Positions 6,978-14,593 of a stretch of DNA of 18,778 bases are shown piece by piece; positions within the stretch are counted from its first letter, which is position 1, and every line of letters begins with the position of its first letter. This stretch comes from Candidatus Micrarchaeota archaeon (lineage in GTDB: Archaea > Micrarchaeota > Micrarchaeia > Anstonellales > Bilamarchaeaceae), in contig JBFMCO010000035.1 in NCBI GenBank assembly GCA_040754495.1, forward strand, positions 1 to 18,778, written 5' to 3'. The position numbers were made by a program, and so were the translations under genes. Below the pieces are notes generated by a model. It searched no databases. It saw only the letters and a program-made list of their open reading frames with translations, and had not been told where the DNA came from.

Positions 6978-8216
6978 TCAGACTTCGTGGAAAACTTCCC
7001 TGGCCGGCCTGAAGGCCAGCGCGAAAACGCCCCATGCGACCAGGATGATTAGGCATGACGCTATGACCGGCAGGTGGATGTCGAAGGAGATGATGATGCC
7101 TGCGACAAGCGGAGGGACCGCCTGGGCAAGCGACTGGATGGACTGCGTGATCCCCAGGATCTCGCCCTGCGAATCCTTTGCGCTGAGATTCGACACGAGT
7201 GCGGACGCGTTCGGGAAGGACAGCCCCTGGAAGGCCGCGATGAACGGTATGACGAGGAGGAGGCCGGAGGGCGTTTCCTGGAACATCACGGCCGCGACCG
7301 AGAGGCCTAGCAGGGCAAGGGAGAACGAGAGGACCTGCCGCGGCAGGAGGAAGCGCGCGACCTGCCGGGTCAGTACGCCCTGGGTGATGGCGGCCCAGAA
7401 GCCCATGTAGGCGAACATGTCCCCTATCTGGGACTGGCTGAACGAGAACTTCTCGACGAGCAGGACGTTGAAGAACTGCGTATATATGTTGAAGCCGAAG
7501 CTGTAGAGGAAGAGCACCAGGAACATGACGCGGAGCGACGGAATCGAAGCCGCGCGGGCCATGTTCCGGAATCCCATGCCGAGGCTTACCGGGGTCTTCA
7601 CCCGCGCGCGCAGCGTCTCCCGATAGCCCGATGCGAGGAATGCCATATTGAGCGCGCCGAGCAGTGCGGCGAAGGCGAACGGCGTCCAGTATCCGAACCA
7701 CGGGACAATCGCAGGGTCCGCGAGCTTCCCGCCGATGTACGGGCCGATTATGAAGCCGAGGCCGAACGCCATCCCTATCAGCCCGAAATTCCGGGCCTTT
7801 GAGCGCTCGTCGCTGATATCGGCCATGGACGAGAGCGCGATTGAGATGTTGCCGCCGGTGAATCCGTCGATTATGCGGCCGAGGAACATGAGGGGGAGGC
7901 TGCCGTATACGATGCCCGCCGCGAACATTATGTAGCCGGCCACGGTCCCGGCCAGGGAAACGAGCAGGAGCTTCTTCCTGCCATAATGGTCTGAGAGCCC
8001 CCCCAGGACGGGGGCGCCGAAGAACTGGGAAACTGGATAGGCCGAGATGAGGACCCCGAGCATCAGCGCCCGGAACTGGAATGACGCCTCAGGCGGCAGG
8101 ATTCCTGAATCCTCCAGGAAGAGCGGCGCGAGCACCGGGTATGCTATGCCGATTCCGACCATGTCCAGGAAAACCACTGAGAAAAGCGGGAGGGCCGGGT
8201 CCTTGGGGCTTGCCAT
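6978..8216 (-). CDS. MFS transporter, TetA/DHA1-like efflux family
   Basis: GGLSDHYGRKKLLL (motif A), GRIIDGFTGGN, GMAFGLGFIIGPYIGG (antiporter motif C). Confidence 0.93.
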   Translation of the reverse strand: MASPKDPALPLFSVVFLDMVGIGIAYPVLAPLFLEDSGILPPEASFQFRALMLGVLISAYPVSQFFGAPVLGGLSDHYGRKKLLLVSLAGTVAGYIMFAAGIVYGSLPLMFLGRIIDGFTGGNISIALSSMADISDERSKARNFGLIGMAFGLGFIIGPYIGGKLADPAIVPWFGYWTPFAFAALLGALNMAFLASGYRETLRARVKTPVSLGMGFRNMARAASIPSLRVMFLVLFLYSFGFNIYTQFFNVLLVEKFSFSQSQIGDMFAYMGFWAAITQGVLTRQVARFLLPRQVLSFSLALLGLSVAAVMFQETPSGLLLVIPFIAAFQGLSFPNASALVSNLSAKDSQGEILGITQSIQSLAQAVPPLVAGIIISFDIHLPVIASCLIILVAWGVFALAFRPAREVFHEV

Positions 8217-8225
8217 GTCATTTCC

Positions 8226-8855
8226 TCATTTGAGTATCTTGCCCGTCTCCATGTACCAGAGGTAAAGGTCCAGCTCGCCCTGGTTCAGCCCGGCCCGCGC
8301 CGCTATCCTTCCGAGCGCTTTCTCAATCAGGAGATACCTCTTTTTCGTGAGCGATTTGGAGCGCGGCTTCCGTATCAGCCGGTGGCGCGCGAGGAGGTCT
8401 ATTATGTGGAAGTCGATTATGGCGAAATCTGTGAAACCCAGGTTGCGCAGGAAATGGCTCGACTCCTTGTATCCGAGGCCGAGCACGTTCGCGGCGAGCC
8501 AGTCCCGGACGGCCTGCGCACTCATCGAGGACAGCCTGCCCCTGAGGGTGCCGAGGTGCGCCCGGGCTTCCACGATGTAGCGGGCGCGGGCGTTGGGGAA
8601 GCGGTAGCCGAGCGATTTCAGCCTGCGCGCAAGCTCCCGCTCCGGCAGCCTGATGAAGCCGTCCCCTATGGCCTCCTGTATCCGGATGCCGCCTTCTGCG
8701 GAGTAGTTGGCCGTAAGCAGGCAGAAGCAGAGCTCCTTGAAGGCCCCGTCTTCGCAGCCGGCGCCCTTGGCGCGGAATTCGGCCATGCGCGAGCGCACGC
8801 GCTTTCCGACGGGGCCCCTCCTCAGCAGTTCCAACTGGCTTATCAGCTCCTCCAT
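8226..8855 (-). CDS. ogg: 8-oxoguanine DNA glycosylase / AP lyase, archaeal type
   Basis: ELCFCLLTAN, GYRFPNARARYI, GLGYKESSHFLRN (catalytic Lys), AIIDFHI (catalytic Asp), ELDLYLWY. Confidence 0.93.
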   Translation of the reverse strand: MEELISQLELLRRGPVGKRVRSRMAEFRAKGAGCEDGAFKELCFCLLTANYSAEGGIRIQEAIGDGFIRLPERELARRLKSLGYRFPNARARYIVEARAHLGTLRGRLSSMSAQAVRDWLAANVLGLGYKESSHFLRNLGFTDFAIIDFHIIDLLARHRLIRKPRSKSLTKKRYLLIEKALGRIAARAGLNQGELDLYLWYMETGKILK

Positions 8856-8873
8856 CGCATACAGCTCCGGGGC

Positions 8874-9407
8874 TTAACGGCCTTTCCAGATTATCTCCGG
8901 CACCTTCTTCCGGTAATTCGTGTAGCGGGCCATCGCGAAGAGCAGGTCGCCCACGCGGTTCATGTACACGATGATGTCCGGATTGACGCTCTCTTTCTGG
9001 GAGAGGGCTATGACCTGGCGCTCGGCCCTGCGGCAGACCGTGCGGGCCAGGTGAAGCAGGGAGGCGGTCTTGCTGCCTCCGGGGAGTATGAAGTTCTGCA
9101 GGGGCGGAAGCTGCTCCCACATGGCGTCTATCTCCTTTTCCATCTCCCCCACCCTTGCAGGCGGGATGGACCGGGATTTGGCGCCGCGCGTCGCGAGCTC
9201 GGCACCTATCACGAACAGGTCTTCCTGGATGCGCTGGAGCGACTCCCGCATATCGCCGCTGTCGCTGAATGAGACGACGATGCCAAGGACCGCGTTCAGC
9301 TCGTCCACGCTCCCATAAGCCTCGACGCGCTGGTCGCACTTCGGGACGACCGCGCCCCCGATGAGGGCTGTGCTGCCGCGGTCCCCGAATTTGGTGTAAA
9401 TGCGCAT
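8874..9407 (-). CDS. pduO: PduO-type ATP:cob(I)alamin adenosyltransferase
   Basis: IYTKFGDRGST, EAYGSVDELNA, FILPGG, ARTVCRRAER, NRVGDLLFAMAR. Confidence 0.93.
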   Translation of the reverse strand: MRIYTKFGDRGSTALIGGAVVPKCDQRVEAYGSVDELNAVLGIVVSFSDSGDMRESLQRIQEDLFVIGAELATRGAKSRSIPPARVGEMEKEIDAMWEQLPPLQNFILPGGSKTASLLHLARTVCRRAERQVIALSQKESVNPDIIVYMNRVGDLLFAMARYTNYRKKVPEIIWKGR

Positions 9408-9428
9408 ATTTTTGTTTCACTTGCAGAT

Positions 9429-9436
9429 ATTTAAAT
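9429..9436. promoter_or_regulatory. Palindromic AT box ATTTAAAT, probably shared by pduO and the HD-GYP gene
   Basis: 21 nt from ATG 9407 (minus) and 22 nt from ATG 9459 (plus). Confidence 0.55.
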
Positions 9437-9458
9437 CATTTTCCACCAATACTGCTCC

Positions 9459-10520
9459 ATGAGCACCCCGGATTATAAAGAGCACGCGCGTCCGCGCCTC
9501 TGCCAGGCCCTGCCCTATCGTATCGCAAGCCGATACGGCCCGGCACTCGAGGGCATAGTGCGCATGCATGTCGCGCGCAGCATGCTCGAGGAGGAGGACA
9601 GGGACCGCGGGAAGGGCCTAGGCCAGCTGGTCAGGGCTTCGGTCGAAAGGCTCAGCCAGATGGAGCGCGGGAAAGAGAGGTGGTGCTATACCAAGCGCCA
9701 CTCGCTCGAAGTCGCTTATTTCGGCTACATGATAGGGGACCAGGCCAGGCTCCAGGGCGTCCCGGGCGCCGAATCCATACGGCCGGAACTCGTTTTCGCC
9801 GGCGGGCTCATGCACGATATTGGAAAGACGTTCCTTCCGCTGGCGCTCGTCGTCAAGGAGCTGGGCATAGACCTGGTGCTATTCTGCCTCTTCGAGGGCG
9901 CGAGGATGAGCGACATCGAGCGGAGGGTGCTGCGCGACGAGCATATCTCGGCCGGGACAAGGTACATACGGATGTTCGGGGGCGGCGACCATATGAGGAC
10001 GATGCTTGACATGGTCGGCCTCCACCACGTGATGTACGACGGCACGGACACGGCGTTCCCGAGCTACCCCTCGCAGGTGCGCGGGGCCGACCTCCCGTTC
10101 CATTCGAGGATAGCGAAGACCGCGGACTTCATCTCGGCCGTCCTGCCCAGGCACTACCGCAGTGACCAGTGGGTGGAGTCCATGAGGGAGTCGCTCGGCT
10201 ATGCGATAGCCGTCTCGGGCTGGGAACTCGACCCGGTCACGGTCAGGTGTGCCGTGACGGGCCTGCATTCTGTTGGCGCGGAGGAAGCCGACCGCATGAT
10301 ATCGAGGCTGGCCCTTCCGAAGGATGCGGAGTGGGGGAGGCGGACAGTCAGGAATTTCAGGGCAACCAAGGAGTATGTGAAGGGGACCATAGAGAGGGAC
10401 GCGGCTTTCAGGGACATCCTCGGCCGGCGCGACTGCGACCTGGAGCAGATGTACAGGGAGCGCATCCGGGCGTGCTCCGGGGAGCTGAACGCCCCGGAGC
10501 TTGACCACCTTCCGGAATGA
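9459..10520 (+). CDS. HD-GYP-like metal-dependent phosphohydrolase with variant motifs
   Basis: YTKRHSLEVA, LMHDIGK, EHISAG, HHVMYDGT..SYP...GADLP..SRIAKTAD, RHYR and GWELDP appear in HD-GYP order. Confidence 0.85.
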   Translation: MSTPDYKEHARPRLCQALPYRIASRYGPALEGIVRMHVARSMLEEEDRDRGKGLGQLVRASVERLSQMERGKERWCYTKRHSLEVAYFGYMIGDQARLQGVPGAESIRPELVFAGGLMHDIGKTFLPLALVVKELGIDLVLFCLFEGARMSDIERRVLRDEHISAGTRYIRMFGGGDHMRTMLDMVGLHHVMYDGTDTAFPSYPSQVRGADLPFHSRIAKTADFISAVLPRHYRSDQWVESMRESLGYAIAVSGWELDPVTVRCAVTGLHSVGAEEADRMISRLALPKDAEWGRRTVRNFRATKEYVKGTIERDAAFRDILGRRDCDLEQMYRERIRACSGELNAPELDHLPE

Positions 10521-10558
10521 GCATAGGAATAAAATCAATCGCGTATCCTACTTAGCCC

Positions 10559-11182
10559 ATGACAATTGTCGATGATTTCGCGCTCCTGGAAAAATACGGA
10601 TTCGGGCTGCTGCCGTATGCCTTGGCGAAAGACGAGGACGGCGCAGCCAAGGCTGCATCAGGCATAGGCTACCCGATTGCCATGAAAATCGTCTCCCCGG
10701 AAATCGAGCATAAGACCGACATAGGCGGCGTGCGCGTGAATATCAGGAACGAGGATTCCCTCAGGCAGTCATTCAGGGACATAATGGCGGCTGCCGGAAG
10801 CAGGAAGGTGGAGGGGATCCTCGTCCAGAAGATGGCGCGCAAGGGCGTGGAGCTTCTCATCGGCGGGAAGAAGGACCCCCAGTTCGGCCACATGCTTGTC
10901 TTGGGCCTCGGAGGCATCTACGTCGAGATATTCCGGGACATAAGCGCGAGAATCTGCCCACTGACGGCTTCCGATGTCGACGAGATGGTGTCCGAGCTGA
11001 AGGCGCACCCACTGCTCGAAGGGGCACGCGGCAAGAAGCCCATAAACAAGAAGGTTCTCGAGAGCCTGGTGCTCCGCTCATGCGCGTTCATGGAGAAGGA
11101 GGACATCAAGGAGATGGACCTAAACCCGGTCGTCTTCGACGAGAACGGATGCGACATCGTGGATGCGAGATTCAGCAGGTGA
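10559..11182 (+). CDS. acdB: Acetate-CoA ligase (ADP-forming) beta subunit (ATP-grasp)
   Basis: IGYPIAMKIVSPEIEHKTDIGGV, ELLIGGKKDPQFG, GLGGIYVEIFRD, EMDLNPV...VDAR. Confidence 0.92.
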   Translation: MTIVDDFALLEKYGFGLLPYALAKDEDGAAKAASGIGYPIAMKIVSPEIEHKTDIGGVRVNIRNEDSLRQSFRDIMAAAGSRKVEGILVQKMARKGVELLIGGKKDPQFGHMLVLGLGGIYVEIFRDISARICPLTASDVDEMVSELKAHPLLEGARGKKPINKKVLESLVLRSCAFMEKEDIKEMDLNPVVFDENGCDIVDARFSR

Positions 11183-11186
11183 GATT

Positions 11187-12575
11187 ATGGGCATCATGCA
11201 GAACCTGAAATACGTTTTTTCCCCCAAGTCGGTCGCTATAGTGGGGGCTTCGGCGACACCGAACAAAATCGGCAATGTGCTCCTGCGGAATTTCCTTGAC
11301 ACCAAGTTCCAGGGAAAGGTCTATCCGGTGAATCCAAAATACCAGGAAGTTGGCGGGCTCAGGTGCTACCAGAAGGTGAGCGACATCCCCGGGAGAGTCG
11401 ACTGCGTCATAATCGCCACCCCTGCCGAGACAGTGCCCGGCATCGTGGATGACTGCGCCAAAAAAGGCGCGGGCGGAGTGATAATCCTTAGCGGCGGCTT
11501 CGAGGAAGTGGGCAGGAATGACCTGGCGGAGAGGATAAGAAAGACGGCTGAAGCTAGCAGCATGCCGGTCGTCGGCCCGAACTGCCTCGGGGTGTTCAAC
11601 CCGTACACCAAGGTGGACAGCATATTCCTCCCGATGTACAAGCTCGAGCGGCCGAAGCCCGGAGGGATTGCGTTCGTGACCCAGAGCGGGGCGGTCGGCT
11701 CCACGGTGCTTGACCTTGCCGCTTACTACGGGCTCGGGGTATCCAAGTTCATATCGTACGGCAACAGCACGGTGCTCGACGAGGCGGACTATCTCGAGTA
11801 TCTCTTGAAGGACGACGAGACCGAGGCCATCATACTTTACCTGGAGGGCGCAAAGGACGGTAGGAAGCTGCTTGCGGCCATGAAGAAAGTGAACAGGGTG
11901 AAGCCCATAATAGCCCTTAAGGCCGGGCGGGGGGCAGGCGGGCAGGCGGCCGCGAGGTCGCACACCGGGAACATCGCCGGGAGCTACCTTGCCTACCAGG
12001 CGGCCTTCAAGCAGGCTAAGGTGACCGAGGCTGCGGGCATAAACGAGGTGTTCGAGTTCGTCAAGATATTCAACCAGCCCATGCCCAGGGGAAGGAGGAT
12101 AGGGGTAATAACGAACGGCGGCGGGATGGGCGTGCTTACCGCGGACAGCATAGAGGGGGAGGGCCTCGCGCTCGCGCAATTCAGCGAGGACACGAAAAAG
12201 AGGATACGGGAGATTCTGCCACCCTACGGAAACGTGGCCAACCCGCTCGACCTGGTCGCTGACGCGGGCGTCGAGGCTTACGGGAAGGCCATAGATGCCA
12301 TGATGGAGGACCCGGGCATAGATGCGCTGATTATAGTGGTCCTGACGCAGACGCCACCAATTGACGAGAGGATAATACACGTCCTGACAAAGGCGTCAGA
12401 CGACAAAAGGAAACCAGTAGCTACGATTTCTATAGGCGGAACTTACACCGAAGCCTACAGGAAGATACTGGAGAGCAAAGGAGTCCCGAGCTACAACTCC
12501 CCACGGGCCGCGGTTAAGGCAATGGAGAGGCTGATTACTTATTCTAGGTACCGCGGGCAGCTGAAGAAGAGATAG
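11187..12575 (+). CDS. acdA: Acetate-CoA ligase (ADP-forming) alpha subunit
   Basis: PKSVAIVGAS, GPNCLG, QSGAV, SYGN, phosphorylatable His in AARSHTG, TNGGGMG, NPLDL. GGTGA RBS overlaps the acdB stop; start at ATG 11187. Confidence 0.93.
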   Translation: MGIMQNLKYVFSPKSVAIVGASATPNKIGNVLLRNFLDTKFQGKVYPVNPKYQEVGGLRCYQKVSDIPGRVDCVIIATPAETVPGIVDDCAKKGAGGVIILSGGFEEVGRNDLAERIRKTAEASSMPVVGPNCLGVFNPYTKVDSIFLPMYKLERPKPGGIAFVTQSGAVGSTVLDLAAYYGLGVSKFISYGNSTVLDEADYLEYLLKDDETEAIILYLEGAKDGRKLLAAMKKVNRVKPIIALKAGRGAGGQAAARSHTGNIAGSYLAYQAAFKQAKVTEAAGINEVFEFVKIFNQPMPRGRRIGVITNGGGMGVLTADSIEGEGLALAQFSEDTKKRIREILPPYGNVANPLDLVADAGVEAYGKAIDAMMEDPGIDALIIVVLTQTPPIDERIIHVLTKASDDKRKPVATISIGGTYTEAYRKILESKGVPSYNSPRAAVKAMERLITYSRYRGQLKKR

Positions 12576-12664
12576 ATGCGCAGGGAGCCCCGAACACAGC
12601 AACAGAGCCCGGCAGGGTGATGGATAGGGAGGGTATAGTTCCACTAATACGGACAGTGTTGTTT

Positions 12665-12695
12665 GTTTTTAAGTTTATGTAACTATAGTTACATA
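12665..12695 (+). promoter_or_regulatory. TATA-like GTTTTTAAG followed by perfect 20-bp palindrome TATGTAACTATAGTTACATA
   Basis: Palindrome at 12676-12695 verified base by base. TATA-like box at 12665-12673; downstream ATG at 12748. Confidence 0.65.
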
Positions 12696-12747
12696 GCACT
12701 GACGACTGCTGCGCCGTCCGGTTGTTTTTTTTGTTTTGGTGTTCCAC

Positions 12748-12987
12748 ATGAAAATACTCTACATATACGACTTGAAAGCCGGGAACAAAAAAAGGTTCAA
12801 CCGCACAAAGAGGCTGTTCTACTATCATCTTGGCAGGCTGCCCGTGGAAAAAGACTGCTGGAAGAGCAAATCTGCCCTTGCAGTCCCCCTGAAGATGGAA
12901 AAGCTCATGGACGGCTTCTTCAGGAGGTTCGGCAAATCAGTCATCGTGTTCAAGGCACTGGTTGAGGATATAGAGCAGCTTGAATAG
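12748..12987 (+). CDS. 79-aa Cas2/VapD-like (ferredoxin-fold) protein, stand-alone
   Basis: MKILYIYDL resembles the Cas2 strand 1 hhhxYDh with the catalytic Asp. It is followed by a basic helix (KKRFNRTKRLF), KSALAV (cf. QxSVF) and a final VIVF strand. Confidence 0.6.
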   Translation: MKILYIYDLKAGNKKRFNRTKRLFYYHLGRLPVEKDCWKSKSALAVPLKMEKLMDGFFRRFGKSVIVFKALVEDIEQLE

Positions 12988-13005
12988 TGGAATTATGGGG
13001 TCTCC

Positions 13006-14589
13006 CTATACGGTCAGCTCGCACAGATAAACATCGAACGGAAGGCCGAGCTTCTCGAGGACGGCCTTGTCGGCTTTTCCGAACACGCCTATTTTCCTGC
13101 CTTTGGATACGACCGTGCAGGAAAGATTGGCATCGAAGGCCTTCATCTTCTCCTTGGACAGTGTGAAATCAAACCCCTTCTCGAATGCGAGCGTCTGCAG
13201 GAACCCGCGCACTGCCGAGAAATCCAGGTTTTTATCCATCACGCCGAAGACGAGCCTTTTCGAGCACGCCTTCCCCTCATGGACGATCCCTATCTCGTAG
13301 AACCTCTGGGGGAGCCCCTTCATCTTGTTTATCCTGAAAGTGTCGAGCATGTCTGCAAGGAGGTTTGGCCGCACAACCGTGTAATCGACCGTGCCCGGGT
13401 TCTCTACCTCCACCACGCCGTCAGCCGAGCCCACGAGGCCAAGCCGTTCCTTATTCGTGAGGATGAACGTCTTCGTTTCCATGAACCCCATGCCCCTCAT
13501 TATGCGGTCAAGCTCGTCATGCGTCCTGACTGCTTCTCCGGCATGGAAGAAATCCGGAAGGGTGGGCTTGAAGTTGTTGTAACCATATGCTATCGCTATG
13601 TCCTCGATGATGTCCACCAGGCCCATGACGTCGGCGCGGTAGGGTGGCACGAGGACCTTGCCCTTCTCGTATCCATAGCCCATGCGGGCAAGATAGCCAG
13701 CGGCCTCCTTTTCCTTCAGTTCCACACCGAGCGTCCTGTTCACTGCCTTGAGGTCCAACGCGATATGGCGGGGCTCAAGCTCAGGAGAGACTGACTTCCT
13801 GCCGCTATAATCCATGGTCACCCCATAAATTGTTCCGCCCATGTCCGCGAAGGTGCAGACCAGGATGTTCAGGGCCGCCTTGCATGCGTGGATGTCCGTC
13901 CCGGACACCTCTATGAATAGATCCTTCGTGTCCAGGTCGATCTTCCCTGTCTCCGCGGAATTGACTATGGGGATGAGCGCCATTATTTTCCCGTCCCCGT
14001 CAGTGAAGACAGGATACCGCTCGTGTCCCTGCAGTATGTGCCCGTACTGCTGGCCCTTCTTGTGCTTTTCCAGTATCTCCCCGGCGCCCATCTCCTCTTC
14101 ATGGCCGAGCGGCACGTATCTTATGTCGCCAGGCTTCATTGTCGTGTAATGCACCGGGAACCTTATCGCGTTCAGCGGGTAGAGGCCGAGCCCGAACTTC
14201 TTCACCCTCCGGCCGAGCGTGGCAAGCAGCTTCTCCTGCAGCAGGACCATGTCCTTGATTCGCTGGTCGTCGAGCCGCAGCCCCTTCACCACGGCGCAGG
14301 CCGTGTAGGGCCTGACCTTGGCTACCGATGGATTCACGATAACAGTGTATTCGGACCGCTTCACCTGATATTCCGGGCTTTCTTTCCCGTGGTAAGTCTT
14401 GAGGGCCCGCGCCAGGCCCTCCATCGAGTACCAGTCCGGCCTGTTCGGGGTGAGTTCGGCTATTATCCTCCCCACCTCCGGCTCGTATTCGGCAGGGGCG
14501 CCGAGCTCGTTGAGCGACGCCACCATCTTCTCCCGCGGCAGGTCTATGAGCCTTTTCATCTCCTCGTATGCGAATTCGACAACGACCAT
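13006..14589 (-). CDS. pheT: Phenylalanine-tRNA ligase beta subunit, archaeal type
   Basis: ELTPNRPDWYSMEGLAR, VRPYTAC, LQEKL..TLGR, VPPYRADV...DIIEDIAIAYGYN. Confidence 0.95.
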   Translation of the reverse strand: MVVVEFAYEEMKRLIDLPREKMVASLNELGAPAEYEPEVGRIIAELTPNRPDWYSMEGLARALKTYHGKESPEYQVKRSEYTVIVNPSVAKVRPYTACAVVKGLRLDDQRIKDMVLLQEKLLATLGRRVKKFGLGLYPLNAIRFPVHYTTMKPGDIRYVPLGHEEEMGAGEILEKHKKGQQYGHILQGHERYPVFTDGDGKIMALIPIVNSAETGKIDLDTKDLFIEVSGTDIHACKAALNILVCTFADMGGTIYGVTMDYSGRKSVSPELEPRHIALDLKAVNRTLGVELKEKEAAGYLARMGYGYEKGKVLVPPYRADVMGLVDIIEDIAIAYGYNNFKPTLPDFFHAGEAVRTHDELDRIMRGMGFMETKTFILTNKERLGLVGSADGVVEVENPGTVDYTVVRPNLLADMLDTFRINKMKGLPQRFYEIGIVHEGKACSKRLVFGVMDKNLDFSAVRGFLQTLAFEKGFDFTLSKEKMKAFDANLSCTVVSKGRKIGVFGKADKAVLEKLGLPFDVYLCELTV

Positions 14590-14593
14590 CGTA

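Noticed and set aside
6978-8216. Calling the second MFS a tetracycline-resistance gene (tetA)
   Set aside because: The motifs support only the DHA1-like family. Substrate cannot be inferred and there is no TetR neighbour.
10524-10550. TAGGA-N17-TCCTA inverted repeat upstream of acdB
   Set aside because: 5-bp arms are expected by chance, with no supporting second copy.
12576-12660. Possible SRP or RNase P RNA fragment in the GC-rich stretch after acdA
   Set aside because: No SRP helix 8 or RNase P P4 consensus could be matched, and the space is too short.
12650-12750. Possible CRISPR repeat (GTTTATGTAAC...ATAGCAC) or DGR template repeat next to the Cas2-like gene
   Set aside because: Single copy with no repeat-spacer periodicity. 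No matching variable repeat or reverse transcriptase in the window.
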